Source: Alphaproteobacteria bacterium (lineage in GTDB: Bacteria; Pseudomonadota; Alphaproteobacteria; GCA-2731375). Taken from it: a stretch of 64,000 bases of DNA. Shown here piece after piece: positions 37,958 to 48,266 of the stretch. Position 1 is the first letter of the stretch, and each line of letters opens with the position of its first letter. Location of the stretch: contig CBDDPY010000002.1 of the NCBI GenBank assembly GCA_965232515.1, positions 5,376,001 to 5,440,000 on the forward strand. Direction: 5' to 3'. The position numbers and the translations under genes are program-made. Below the pieces are notes generated by a model. That model did not search any database. It was not told the origin of the DNA and saw only the letters and a program-made list of their open reading frames with translations.

Positions 37958-38740
37958 ATGTTCAAGGACAAGGTCGCCATCGTCACCGGCTCGACCAGCG
38001 GCATCGGCTTGGGCATTGCCCGGTCGCTGGCCGCGGAGGGCTGCAAGGTGGTGCTGAACGGGCGTAAGTCGACGCCCGAGAATGACCGGCTCTGCGCCGA
38101 GCTGGCCGATGAAACAGGCGCCGAAATCGTATTCGGCGCGGCCGACATGGGCGAGCCGGCACAGATCGCCGATATGATCTCGACGGTGACGGTGCGTTTC
38201 GGCGGCTGCGATATCCTTATCAACAACGCCGGTATCCAGCACGTCGCGCCGATTGACGAATTCCCCGACGACCGCTGGGATCTGGTCATCGCCACCAATC
38301 TCAGCGCCGCGTTCCACACCACCAAGGCCGTGCTGCCGGGCATGCGCGACAAGGGCTGGGGCCGGATCATCAACATCGCCTCGGCGCACGGCCTGGTCGC
38401 CTCGGCCTATAAATCTGCCTACGTCGCCGCCAAACACGGCATTGTCGGCCTGACCAAGGTGACCGCGCTCGAGGTCGCCGAGCAGGGCGTGACGGCGAAC
38501 GCGATCTGTCCCGGCTATGTCTGGACGCCGCTGGTAGAGAAGCAGATCCCCGATCAGGCGAAGACGCACGACATGTCCGAGGCGGATGTGATCCGGAACG
38601 TTCTGCTGTCGAACCAGCCGAACAAGAAATTCGCCACCGTCGAGGAGGTCGGGGCGCTCGCCGTGTTCCTGGCCTCGGACGCCGCTGCCTCGATTACCGG
38701 TACGGCGCTGCCGGTCGACGGCGGCTGGACGGCGCACTGA
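37958..38740 (+). CDS. bdhA: 3-hydroxybutyrate dehydrogenase
   Basis: TGSTSGIG, NNAGIQHV, ASAHGLVAS..KSAYVAAKHG, CPGYVWTPLVEKQI. Confidence 0.93.
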   Translation: MFKDKVAIVTGSTSGIGLGIARSLAAEGCKVVLNGRKSTPENDRLCAELADETGAEIVFGAADMGEPAQIADMISTVTVRFGGCDILINNAGIQHVAPIDEFPDDRWDLVIATNLSAAFHTTKAVLPGMRDKGWGRIINIASAHGLVASAYKSAYVAAKHGIVGLTKVTALEVAEQGVTANAICPGYVWTPLVEKQIPDQAKTHDMSEADVIRNVLLSNQPNKKFATVEEVGALAVFLASDAAASITGTALPVDGGWTAH

Positions 38741-38763
38741 CGCGGCGCGCCGGAGACCGGCAC

Positions 38764-39834
38764 ATGTCAGGCAAGCAAGCGGCGGCGGGATCGCGCAACG
38801 GCCGGGCCGGCCGGACGTCGCGCAAAAGAAAGCCGATCAATCTCGCCCTGCAGGGCGGCGGCGCGCACGGCGCCTTCGCCTGGGGCGTGATCGACATGCT
38901 CTTGCAGGAGGACTGCCTCGATATCGAGGCCATTGTCGGCACCTCGGCCGGCGCCATGAATGCCGCGGTCACGGCCTGCGGTCTGTATCAGGGAGGGCCC
39001 GAGGGCGCGCGCGAGCGGCTGCGGGAATTTTGGACGCTGGTCTCGAAGTCCGCCAAGCTGTCGCCGCTGCAGCCGACGCCATGGGACAAGCTGTTCGGCA
39101 ACGGTAACCTGGAATTCTCGCCGGGCTACCAGGCGTTCGACGCCATCTCGCGCATGCTTTCGCCGTACCAGCTCAATCCCCTGAACTACAATCCGGTCAA
39201 GGAAGTCCTGGAAACGGTTATCGATTGCAATCGCCTGCACGGGCAGAACCGGGTCAAGCTGTTCATCTGCGCCACCAACGTGTTGAGCGGCAAGATCCGG
39301 GTTTTCGACAACGACGACGTGACGACCGATGCCGTGCTGGCGTCGGCCTGCCTGCCGTACATGTTCCAAGCCGTGGAGATCGACGGCGAGTACTATTGGG
39401 ACGGCGGTTACATGGGCAACCCGCCGATCTATCCGCTGATCTACGACGCCGCCTGCCGCGATGTCCTGATCATCCAGATCAATCCCATCAAGATACCGGA
39501 GCTGCCGACGACCGCGCAGGCGATCCTCGATCGCATCAACACGCTCAGCTTCAATTCCAGCCTGATGCGCGAGATGCGCGCCATCAACTTCGTCACCAGG
39601 CTGATCGACGCCGGCTTCGACGACGGCGGCCGGCTGAAGCGCATGCTGCTGCATACCGTTGATGCCGAGGACGTGCTGTCGAAGATGGGCGTCTCGTCCA
39701 AGCTCAACGCCGATTGGGATTTCCTCATGCACCTGTTCGAGCTCGGCCGAGAGCGCGGCATGCAGTTTCTGGACAGGCACTACGACAAGATCGGGAAGGA
39801 ATCGTCAACCGACATCGCCGAGAGGTTTTTGTGA
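38764..39834 (+). CDS. Patatin-like phospholipase (possible PHB depolymerase)
   Basis: LQGGGAHGAF, GTSAG, YWDGG. Directly downstream of bdhA. Confidence 0.9.
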   Translation: MSGKQAAAGSRNGRAGRTSRKRKPINLALQGGGAHGAFAWGVIDMLLQEDCLDIEAIVGTSAGAMNAAVTACGLYQGGPEGARERLREFWTLVSKSAKLSPLQPTPWDKLFGNGNLEFSPGYQAFDAISRMLSPYQLNPLNYNPVKEVLETVIDCNRLHGQNRVKLFICATNVLSGKIRVFDNDDVTTDAVLASACLPYMFQAVEIDGEYYWDGGYMGNPPIYPLIYDAACRDVLIIQINPIKIPELPTTAQAILDRINTLSFNSSLMREMRAINFVTRLIDAGFDDGGRLKRMLLHTVDAEDVLSKMGVSSKLNADWDFLMHLFELGRERGMQFLDRHYDKIGKESSTDIAERFL

Positions 39835-39948
39835 AGCCGGACGGTGCGGCCGGAACGTCGGGTGAGGTCCCAGTCTACCCGCCGTCCCGGCCGGCTGTAC
39901 GGCCATGGTCGTGAGACCGCGGCCGTTTCCAGGCGATCTTGGTAACCG

Positions 39949-40824
39949 TCAGGGCTTCTTGTAGGGCGGGTCGCTGGCGTGGACCGTGATGAAGTCATCC
40001 AGCGCTTCCGTCAGAATGCTCTGACACGAACGGTGCAGGCGGTCGGAGATGTCCCGCAGCCGGTGATGCCGATCGGGATCGAGGCGCAGTGTCATCGCGC
40101 GCCGCCGCGATTTCGACCGACGCGGACGTCGTTTCAGGATCTGGGCGGCGACGGCTTCCCGCGCGCCGGCCAATGACAGCGTCGGCGCCTTGCCGGCCGA
40201 TGCCGGTGCCGGTGCCTCCGGCGTGGGCGGCGGCGCGACTTCCGAAGCCGGGGTCGGCATCGAAGTTTCGGCTGCCGGCGTCTCCGGTCGCGACGTCTCC
40301 GGCGCCGTTGACTGCGGCGCCGGCGGCTCCGGCGGGGTCGGCGCGGCCTCCTCTGGCGAGGGCGGCCGGTTGCGGCGGCCGAAAATCTTACCGTAGGCCA
40401 GCGGCGGCACCTTGCGTCCCGCCGGCCCGCGGGTGTTCGTCGCCGGTGGCCGCTCGGTGCTGGGCGCCGCGACGGTCGGTTCCGCGTCGGCCGGACCGTC
40501 TTGATCGGCGGCCGGCGAAAGCGGTTGCAACGGCGCGACGCTCGGCACCAGCGGATGGCTCGGCGTCGCCGTCGACCGCGTCATCGGCGCGGTGGTCAAC
40601 GCATCAGCCGTGTCCTTCGTCATGACCGGCGGCGCGACGCTGGGCGCCTCGGCCTCGGTTTCGGCCTCGACGGTCGTCGTGGCAGCCGGCGCCGGCGATG
40701 GCGGGCTCGGATCGCCCCCCATGTGACCGTCGGGTTGATTCATATCGACGTCGTCGTCGAGGTTCGAGCCACGTTCACGCAGCAGGAGGCCAGCGTGAAG
40801 GGTGGCAAATTTGACTTTGCCCAT
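39949..40824 (-). CDS. Pro/Ala-rich protein with C-terminal ribbon-helix-helix-like motif
   Basis: N-terminal FATLHAGLLLR, a disordered PAP-rich middle, C-terminal RRAMTLRLDPDRHHRLR..SCQSILTEALD. Confidence 0.7.
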   Translation of the reverse strand: MGKVKFATLHAGLLLRERGSNLDDDVDMNQPDGHMGGDPSPPSPAPAATTTVEAETEAEAPSVAPPVMTKDTADALTTAPMTRSTATPSHPLVPSVAPLQPLSPAADQDGPADAEPTVAAPSTERPPATNTRGPAGRKVPPLAYGKIFGRRNRPPSPEEAAPTPPEPPAPQSTAPETSRPETPAAETSMPTPASEVAPPPTPEAPAPASAGKAPTLSLAGAREAVAAQILKRRPRRSKSRRRAMTLRLDPDRHHRLRDISDRLHRSCQSILTEALDDFITVHASDPPYKKP

Positions 40825-40850
40825 GATCGTCTACCCCTTCGCTCGCGCAG

Positions 40851-41606
40851 TTAGCCGATCACCCGGCGTCCGAATGCGGCCGGCGCCTGGCGTCGAAGCA
40901 GTCCGCCTTCCTGGTTGCTCGCGGCCAGGCCGACACGCGGTACCTCGGATGACTGCTGCTGCTGGTGCGCATGCGCCAGCTTCTGGAGGCGTTCGTGGAT
41001 GTAGTTCCAGAGATCGGAGATCTCGGTGGCCGATTGCGACGATGGATTGACCTCCATCACCGTCCGACCGTCGATCATGCTGGCAGCGTAGTCGATCCGG
41101 TGATGCAGCGTCACCGGCGCGACGGTGCCGTGTTGCGAGAGCGCGACGGCGGCGTCCGATGTGATCCGAGCCCGCCGGGTCGCCGCGTTGACCACGAAGA
41201 TCATGGCCTTGCGGCGCTGCTCCACCAGGTCGACGGTGGCGCCGACGGCGCGCAGGTCGTGCGGGCTCGGCCGGGTCGGGATAACGACAAGATCCGCGAA
41301 ACGAACCACGTTGCCGATGGCGGTGGTCGCCGCCGGCGGCGTGTCGATCACGATCAGCTTGGCGCCGCGATTGCGCATCTCGAAGATGTGGCCGTCCAGA
41401 TCCTCGACACTGCTCTTCTGGAACAGCGGCGTGTCGGCGGCGCGCGCTTTCGCCCAGCCCGCCAGGCTCGCCTGGCGGTCGGTGTCGATCAGGCCGACCG
41501 GCCCGGCGCCGCAAAGGCCCGCCTGCACGGCGATATGTCCGGAAAGCGTCGACTTTCCGGAGCCGCCTTTCTGCGAGGCGAACACGATGACTTGGGCGGT
41601 ATCCAT
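40851..41606 (-). CDS. ParA family ATPase
   Basis: Deviant Walker A SQKGGSGKST, IDTDRQAS, IDTPP, ADLVVIP. Confidence 0.92.
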   Translation of the reverse strand: MDTAQVIVFASQKGGSGKSTLSGHIAVQAGLCGAGPVGLIDTDRQASLAGWAKARAADTPLFQKSSVEDLDGHIFEMRNRGAKLIVIDTPPAATTAIGNVVRFADLVVIPTRPSPHDLRAVGATVDLVEQRRKAMIFVVNAATRRARITSDAAVALSQHGTVAPVTLHHRIDYAASMIDGRTVMEVNPSSQSATEISDLWNYIHERLQKLAHAHQQQQSSEVPRVGLAASNQEGGLLRRQAPAAFGRRVIG

Positions 41607-42093
41607 TGTCTTCTCCTCAAAGCCCCCACGGACACGAACCTCGGCCCGCGAAATCCATTCCCGATGTCGTTCCTCGTCCCCGGCCGGCGGTCATTGCCGC
41701 CGGCATACGCCATCTACCGGGCGCGGCCGTTCGGCGCCTTGGGCGGGCGTGACGCGTTCATGGAGGGATGGCGGATTCGGCGTTGTCGCCGTCATGCCGG
41801 TCGTCTCCATTCGACAGCCCCGCTACCAGTCCCATGCAAACAGCCGCATGGGGGCAGGCCGGTGGCTTTGCGCCCCGCCGTTTCCGGCGGTTTGCCCCTT
41901 CGTGGACCCAACGCACCGGACGTAGCCGCTCAAGGCAACGCCCAGATATTTGGCGTTAACAGCCTAGCCCCGAACCACTTAAGAATTGGTGAAACGGCGG
42001 AAACACGCGGGTTTTCCGCTTTTCCGCCGCCCCGGTCGGTTTGACGTCAAGGCGACGTCATGCTGCCTGAAGCGATCGGGCTAGGTTCCCCGG

Positions 42094-43086
42094 CTAGTCG
42101 ACCGGGCCGTTCGGCGTGACCAGGATTTTGCCGCTCCGGCCTTCGCGGCCGGCATGCTCGAGCGCCGCCTTGATATCCTCGATGGCGTAGGTCTGCTCGA
42201 CCGGCGCGTGCAGCGCGCCGTCGCGGATGCGGCCGGCGAGATCGCCATAGAGGGTCTCCAGGTCGGGCCGCGGCATCGCGCGCAGCGCCGCGGCGAGCCA
42301 GAAGCCGGTGAGCGTCAAGCCCCGGAACACGAGCTGATGCGAGGTCATCACGCAGGGCTCGCCGCTCAACAGGCCGTAGTTCACCATGGTGCCGCCGTCG
42401 GCGAGGCAGTCGGCCATGCGCCGGACCATATCGCCGCCGATGGCGTCGATGCCGAGACGGATGGCGCCGCCGCCGGTTTCTGCGGCGACACGTTCGGCCA
42501 GGCCGTCGCCGTCGACGACCACGACGTCGGCGCCGATCGCCTTAAGCGGTTCGATCAGGCTCTCGCGCCGGACGATATTGACCGTGCGGTGGTCGGCCGC
42601 CTTCGCCAGCCTGATCAGGTTGTCGCCGACAGCCGAGTTGGCGGCGTTCTGGATCACCCAGTCGCCCGGCGCCAGGCGCACGAAGTCACGCAGCATCATC
42701 AATGCCGTCGGTGGGTTCACCTTCAGCATCGCCGTCTGCAGCACGTCGATGTCGTCGGGCACCTTCACCACCTGATCGGCCGTGGTCTGTTTGATTTGGC
42801 AGAAGTTCTCGCGGTCCAGCATTATCACCCGGTCGCCCACCTGCACGTCGGTGACATCGGCCCCGATCGCCGTCACCCGTCCACAGCCCTCGGCGCCCGG
42901 CGTCGCCGGGAACTCGGGCAGGGCGGCGTAGCGGCCCTCGATCATCAGCAGGTCGGCGGGATTGATCGGAAAGGCCTCGATCTCGACGGTCACGCCGTTG
43001 CCGCCGGGCGCCGGCGGATCGGGAAGCTCGACGCATTCGCAGACCTCCTGCGGCGCCCCGGTGGCGTTGAACTGAACGACTTTCAT
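42094..43086 (-). CDS. MDR family oxidoreductase (trans-2-enoyl-CoA reductase-like)
   Basis: PINPADL, GAEG, VNPPTA, QNAANSAVG. Confidence 0.88.
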   Translation of the reverse strand: MKVVQFNATGAPQEVCECVELPDPPAPGGNGVTVEIEAFPINPADLLMIEGRYAALPEFPATPGAEGCGRVTAIGADVTDVQVGDRVIMLDRENFCQIKQTTADQVVKVPDDIDVLQTAMLKVNPPTALMMLRDFVRLAPGDWVIQNAANSAVGDNLIRLAKAADHRTVNIVRRESLIEPLKAIGADVVVVDGDGLAERVAAETGGGAIRLGIDAIGGDMVRRMADCLADGGTMVNYGLLSGEPCVMTSHQLVFRGLTLTGFWLAAALRAMPRPDLETLYGDLAGRIRDGALHAPVEQTYAIEDIKAALEHAGREGRSGKILVTPNGPVD

Positions 43087-43210
43087 GCGGCTGGCCCCTC
43101 TAACGGCTGTCGGTATTGCGGACGATCCTAGCGCGAAATCGACATCGGTTGCCGATTGCGTGGCGCTGGATCAGAATCAATTGCGAAACAACGGATGACG
43201 GGAGGCGGAG

Positions 43211-44821
43211 ATGACGGCGCGGCGGTTGAAGTTCTGGGGCTGGGGCTACGACGACGAGCGGCTGAGCGAGGCCGAGGAGCAGATGGCCATGCGCCGCTAT
43301 GCCGAACGCTTCGGCGTCGACGAGTTCGCGCGCCTGCCCAATCCGACGGTCGAGGACGTGTCGCTGGCGACGCCGGCCGTGAGCCCGCCGGCGAACCTGA
43401 ATGACATCTGCAGCACCGACGCGCACGACCGTCTGGTGCACACCTACGGCCGGTCGTTCCCCGACTATGTGCGAATTTTCGACCGGGACTTCACGAACGC
43501 GCCCGACGTCGTTGCCTTCGCCAGGTCGGAGGATGACGTGATCGCCGTGCTCGACTGGGCCGCCGGCGCCAATGTCGCCGTGATCCCGTTCGGCGGCGGC
43601 ACCAGCGTGGTCGGCGGCGTTGAAGCCGCGGTCGGCGACGGCTATGCCGGCGTCGTCAGCCTCGACCTCACCGGCCTCGACGGCGTCGTGGAAGTCGACG
43701 ATGTCAGCCGCACGGCGCGCATCCGCGGCGGCATGCGCGTGCCGGCGCTCGAGGCGGCGCTGAAACCGTCGGGCCTGACGCTGCGGCACTTCCCGCAGAG
43801 CTTCGAGCTCGCGACCGTGGGCGGCATGATCGCCACGCGTTCGGGCGGACATTTCGCCACGCTCTACACGCATATAGACGACTTCGTCGAATCCACGCGC
43901 ACGGTAACGCCGACCGGCGTGATGGAAAGCCGGCGGCTGCCGGGCTCCGGCGCCGGGCCGAGCCCGGACCGGCTGATGCTGGGCTCGGAAGGCGCGCTCG
44001 GCATCATCACCGAGGCCTGGCTGCGGCTGCAGAACAGGCCGACCTACCGGGCCGGCGGCGCGCTGATGTTCGACGACATCTACAAGGGCGCGGAAGCCGT
44101 GCGGGTGATCAGCCAGGCCGGCCTCTACCCTTCGAACGTGCGCCTCCTGGACGCTGCCGAGGCCGCGATGAACGGATTCGGCGATGGCCAGGAGGCCGTC
44201 ATGGTGTTGGCCTTTGAGTCGGCCGATCATCCGGTCGATCCCTGGATGGCGCGAGCGTCAGATATCGCCATCGAGCTCGGCGGCCGGCCCGAGGGAAGGG
44301 ATGCCGGATCGTCCGAAGGCCACACCGAGGGTGCTGCCGGCGCTTGGCGTCAGGCCTTCATGCGCATGCCCTATTTTCGCGAGCTGCTGACGCCCATCGG
44401 CGTCCTCAACGACACCTTCGAGACGGCGATTACCTGGGATCGGTTCAGCACGTTCCACGACAACGTCAAGGCAGCGACGGCGACTGCCATCGAGGAGGCG
44501 ACCGGTGCGCCCGGCATCGTCACCTGCCGTTTCACGCACAGCTATCCCGACGGTCCCGCGCCCTATTTCACCTTCCACTGTATGGGCCGGCAGGGCGGCA
44601 TGATGGAGCAGTGGCGGCACATCAAGGAAAAGGCGTCGGACGCCGTGATCGAGAACGGCGGCACCATCACCCACCACCACGCCGTCGGGCGCGATCACAT
44701 GCCGTGGTACACGCGGCAGCGGCCGGACGCTTTCGGCACGGCGCTCAAGGCCGCCAAGGACGCGCTCGATCCGGCCGGGATCTTGAATCCGGGCGTCATC
44801 GTCCCGCTACCGGGCGCATGA
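43211..44821 (+). CDS. FAD-binding oxidoreductase (alkyl-DHAP synthase-like)
   Basis: PFGGGTSVVGG, HFPQSFE, GSEGALGIIT, TFETA, GGTITHHHAVG, LNPG. Confidence 0.88.
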   Translation: MTARRLKFWGWGYDDERLSEAEEQMAMRRYAERFGVDEFARLPNPTVEDVSLATPAVSPPANLNDICSTDAHDRLVHTYGRSFPDYVRIFDRDFTNAPDVVAFARSEDDVIAVLDWAAGANVAVIPFGGGTSVVGGVEAAVGDGYAGVVSLDLTGLDGVVEVDDVSRTARIRGGMRVPALEAALKPSGLTLRHFPQSFELATVGGMIATRSGGHFATLYTHIDDFVESTRTVTPTGVMESRRLPGSGAGPSPDRLMLGSEGALGIITEAWLRLQNRPTYRAGGALMFDDIYKGAEAVRVISQAGLYPSNVRLLDAAEAAMNGFGDGQEAVMVLAFESADHPVDPWMARASDIAIELGGRPEGRDAGSSEGHTEGAAGAWRQAFMRMPYFRELLTPIGVLNDTFETAITWDRFSTFHDNVKAATATAIEEATGAPGIVTCRFTHSYPDGPAPYFTFHCMGRQGGMMEQWRHIKEKASDAVIENGGTITHHHAVGRDHMPWYTRQRPDAFGTALKAAKDALDPAGILNPGVIVPLPGA

Positions 44822-45762
44822 AGGCGGTCTTCCATTATGCCGTGAGCCCCGGCATGACGGCGCGGTTGCAGGCGGCGGCGCCGGATTGGCTGGAGATAGA
44901 CGCCTGCCCGGAGTCGGACGACCGGCGGCTGTTCGCGCTGCTGGCCGAGACCGACTTTCTGCTGCATGTGCTGAAACCGGCAACGGCGGAGGTGATCGAC
45001 GCGGCCCCTGACCTGAAGCTGATCCAGAAGATCGGCGTCGGCGTCAACACGATCGATCTCGATCGTGCCAAGGCGCGTGGCATTCCGGTCTGCAACATGC
45101 CCGGCACCAACAGCCGCGCCGTCGCCGAGGCGACCCTGATGCTGATGCTGGCGGCGCTGCGCCGCGCGCGGGCCTTCGACAGCGCCACGCGGGCCGGCCG
45201 GGGCTGGGCGCTCGATGCGGCCGACTTCGACCGGGTCGGCGAGATCGGCGGGCGCACGGTCGGTCTGGTCGGCTATGGCGCGGTGGCGCGTCTGCTGACG
45301 CCGGTGCTAACCGCGCTCGGCGCGCGCGTGCTCTATACGGCGACGAGCGAAAAGCCCGACGTGGCGGCCGAGTGGCGCGATCTGGGTGCCCTGCTGGCCG
45401 AATCCGACGTGGTCTCGCTGCATCTGCCGTTGACGCCGGACACCGAAAGTATGCTCGACAGCGCCGCCTTCGCCCGCATGAAACAGGGCGCTGTGCTGGT
45501 CAACACGGCCCGTGGCGGCTTGGTCGGCGAGGCGGCGTTGATCGCGGCGCTGGACGAGGGGCGGCTGCTGGCCGCGGGCCTGGATGTTTTCGCCGAGGAG
45601 CCGGTCGCGGTCGACAATCCGTTGCTTCGGCGCGATGACGTTGTGATGATGCCGCATGTGGCCTGGCTGACGCCCGAGACCATCGACCGCAGCCTGGCGA
45701 TCGCCTTTGAAAACTGCCGTCGGGTGCGCGACGGGGAACCGCTGGTTCACCGCGTGGTCTGA
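44818..45762 (+). CDS. D-2-hydroxyacid dehydrogenase family protein
   Basis: GVGVNTID, VGLVGYG, VNTARG, GLDVFAEEP, PHVA. ATGA coupling. Confidence 0.9.
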   Translation: MKAVFHYAVSPGMTARLQAAAPDWLEIDACPESDDRRLFALLAETDFLLHVLKPATAEVIDAAPDLKLIQKIGVGVNTIDLDRAKARGIPVCNMPGTNSRAVAEATLMLMLAALRRARAFDSATRAGRGWALDAADFDRVGEIGGRTVGLVGYGAVARLLTPVLTALGARVLYTATSEKPDVAAEWRDLGALLAESDVVSLHLPLTPDTESMLDSAAFARMKQGAVLVNTARGGLVGEAALIAALDEGRLLAAGLDVFAEEPVAVDNPLLRRDDVVMMPHVAWLTPETIDRSLAIAFENCRRVRDGEPLVHRVV

Positions 45763-45782
45763 CGAGGGAGAGACGGACCGAG

Positions 45783-47213
45783 ATGACGACGACCTGCATC
45801 CGCAACGCCGACTGGGTGATCGCCTGGGACGGGACGCGCCATGCCTTTCTGAACGGCGCCGACGTCGCCTTCACCGGCAACGAGATCGTGCATGTGGGGC
45901 CGGGCTATGACGGCGCCGTCGACGACGAGGTCGACGGCCGTGGCCTGATGGTCATGCCGGGCCTGGTCGACATCCACTCGCATCCGATGTCCGAGCCCAT
46001 GAACAAGGGCATCACGGACGAGCTCGGCAGCCCGCGCCTCGGCATGAGCGGCCTCTACGAATACATGCCGGTGTTCCGCCCCGACGAAGACGGCGTCGCC
46101 GCCTGCGCCGAGCAGGCCTATGCCGAGCTGCTGCTGAGCGGCGTTACGACATTGGTCGATCTGTCGGTGGCTTGGCCCGGTTGGCTGGACCTGCTGGCCA
46201 AGAGCGGTCTGCGCGGCGTCGTCGCGCCAATGTACCGCTCGGCGCGTTGGTACACGCCCAACGGCCATGTGGTGGAATACGAATGGGACGAGGCGGCCGG
46301 CCGAGACGGTCTTGACAAGGCGGTCCGGCTGATCGATCTGGCGCGCCAGCATCCCTCGGGCCGCCTCGACGGCATGCTGTCGCCCTCGCAGATCGATACC
46401 TGCACGCAAGAACTGTTGCGCGACAGCGTGGCGGCCGCCAGGGAGCGCAGCGCGCCGATCCAGATCCACGCCTCGCAGAGCGTCGTCGAGTTCAACGAGA
46501 TGACGCGGCGGCACGGCGTGACGCCGGTGCAGTGGCTGAACGAGATCGGCTTCTTAGGCGATCGCTCGATCGTCGCCCATTGCATCTTCGTCGACCATCA
46601 CTCCTGGGTGCGCTGGCACACGCGCGACGATGTCGGGCTCCTGGCCGAGACCGGCACAAGCGTCGCGCATTGCCCTAATGTGTTCGTGCGCCGCGGCATC
46701 ACGCTCGAAAGCTTGGGCGGCTATCTCCGGGCCGGCATCAATGTCGGCCTCGGCACCGACACCTTCCCGCACAATTTGCTGGAGGAGATGCGGTGGGCCG
46801 CGACCTTGAGCCGTGTCGCCGCGAAGAACGTGAACGACCTCGGCACGTCAGATGTGCTGACGGCGGCCACCATCGGCGGTGCCAACGCGCTCGGCCGTGA
46901 CGACATCGGCCGGCTCAGCCCCGGCGCCAAGGCCGATGTCGTGCTGATCGACACCGAGCTGCCGGGCATGAAGCCGCTGCGCGACCCCTTGCGCAGCCTG
47001 ATCTATTCGAATGCCGAGCGTGCCGTGCGCGACGTCTACGTGGACGGTGTCAAGGTCGTCGCCGACCGCAAGGTGTTGACATTGGATCCGGCGGACGCCG
47101 CCGCCCGCGTGCACGAGGCGCAGAAGCGGGCCGAGGTCGTCGTGCCCGATCTCGATTACGCCAAACGACCGGCCCGCGAGCTGGCGCCGCTCAGCCTGCC
47201 GATGGGCGAATGA
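45783..47213 (+). CDS. Amidohydrolase family protein (Atz/Trz-like)
   Basis: PGLVDIHSH, QIHASQ, VAHC, VAHCP, GLGTD, GAKAD. Confidence 0.9.
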   Translation: MTTTCIRNADWVIAWDGTRHAFLNGADVAFTGNEIVHVGPGYDGAVDDEVDGRGLMVMPGLVDIHSHPMSEPMNKGITDELGSPRLGMSGLYEYMPVFRPDEDGVAACAEQAYAELLLSGVTTLVDLSVAWPGWLDLLAKSGLRGVVAPMYRSARWYTPNGHVVEYEWDEAAGRDGLDKAVRLIDLARQHPSGRLDGMLSPSQIDTCTQELLRDSVAAARERSAPIQIHASQSVVEFNEMTRRHGVTPVQWLNEIGFLGDRSIVAHCIFVDHHSWVRWHTRDDVGLLAETGTSVAHCPNVFVRRGITLESLGGYLRAGINVGLGTDTFPHNLLEEMRWAATLSRVAAKNVNDLGTSDVLTAATIGGANALGRDDIGRLSPGAKADVVLIDTELPGMKPLRDPLRSLIYSNAERAVRDVYVDGVKVVADRKVLTLDPADAAARVHEAQKRAEVVVPDLDYAKRPARELAPLSLPMGE

Positions 47214-47227
47214 TTGGAGAACCCCAG

Positions 47228-48259
47228 ATGACCGCGAATTTGATCGATCTTTACAGCGACACCGTCAGCCGGCCGTCGCCGGGCATGCGCCAGGCCATAG
47301 CCGAGGCCGAGGTCGGCAACGAGCAAGCCGGCGAGGACCCGACCACCAACCGGCTGCAGGAGATGGCGGCCGAACTGTTGGGCAAGGAGGCGGCGCTGCT
47401 GCTGCCGTCGGGCACCATGTGTAACCAGATCGCCTTCCGCGCGGTCTGCGAGCCGGGCGACGAGATCCTGCTCGACAAAACCGCGCACCCGCTGCACTAC
47501 GAGACCGGCGGCCCGGCGGCGCTGTCGGGCGCCATGACCCGCGCGCTCGACGGTGAGCGCGGGATCTTCAATGCCGACCAGGTGCGCGACGCCATCCGCA
47601 CCCGCGGCGGCCACTACCCGATCTCCAAGGTGCTGTCGGTCGAGAATACGTCGAACGGCGGCGGCGGCTCGGTCTGGCCGCTTGAGCAAATCGACGAAGT
47701 GACCGACGCCGCGCACGAAAAGGGCCTGAAAACGCATATGGACGGCGCGCGTCTGTTGAACGCCGTCGTCGCCAGCGGCATCCCGGCCGCCACATATGCG
47801 AAGAACTTCGATTCCTTATGGATCTGCCTGAGCAAGGGCCTTGGCTGTCCGATGGGTGGCGTGCTGGCCGGCTCGCGCGATTTCATCGACCGCGCCTGGC
47901 GCTTCAAGCATCAGTTCGGCGGCGCCATGCGGCAGTCCGGGATCTTCGCCGCCGCCGGCATCTACGCGCTGGAGAACAATGTCGACCGCTTGGCGGACGA
48001 TCACGCCAACGCCAAGCACCTGGCCATGCTGATCGCCGACATCCCCGGCATCGCCGTCGAGCCGGTCGAGACCAATATGGTCTTCTTCGACGTCGCCGGT
48101 ACCGGCAAGACGGCAGGCGAAGTCTCCGAGGCCCTGCTGTCGCATGGCGTCCGCATTGGCGCGAACGCCGAGACCCGCATGCGCGCCGTTGCGCATATCG
48201 ACGTCGACCGTACCGGCATCGAGACCGCTGCCGCGGCGTTGCGCGAGGTGGTCGGCTGA
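47228..48259 (+). CDS. Low-specificity L-threonine aldolase family (PLP)
   Basis: DLYSDT, PSGTMCN, ENT, HMDGAR, LSKGLG, GGAMRQSG. Confidence 0.9.
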   Translation: MTANLIDLYSDTVSRPSPGMRQAIAEAEVGNEQAGEDPTTNRLQEMAAELLGKEAALLLPSGTMCNQIAFRAVCEPGDEILLDKTAHPLHYETGGPAALSGAMTRALDGERGIFNADQVRDAIRTRGGHYPISKVLSVENTSNGGGGSVWPLEQIDEVTDAAHEKGLKTHMDGARLLNAVVASGIPAATYAKNFDSLWICLSKGLGCPMGGVLAGSRDFIDRAWRFKHQFGGAMRQSGIFAAAGIYALENNVDRLADDHANAKHLAMLIADIPGIAVEPVETNMVFFDVAGTGKTAGEVSEALLSHGVRIGANAETRMRAVAHIDVDRTGIETAAAALREVVG

Positions 48260-48266
48260 ACGCCGG

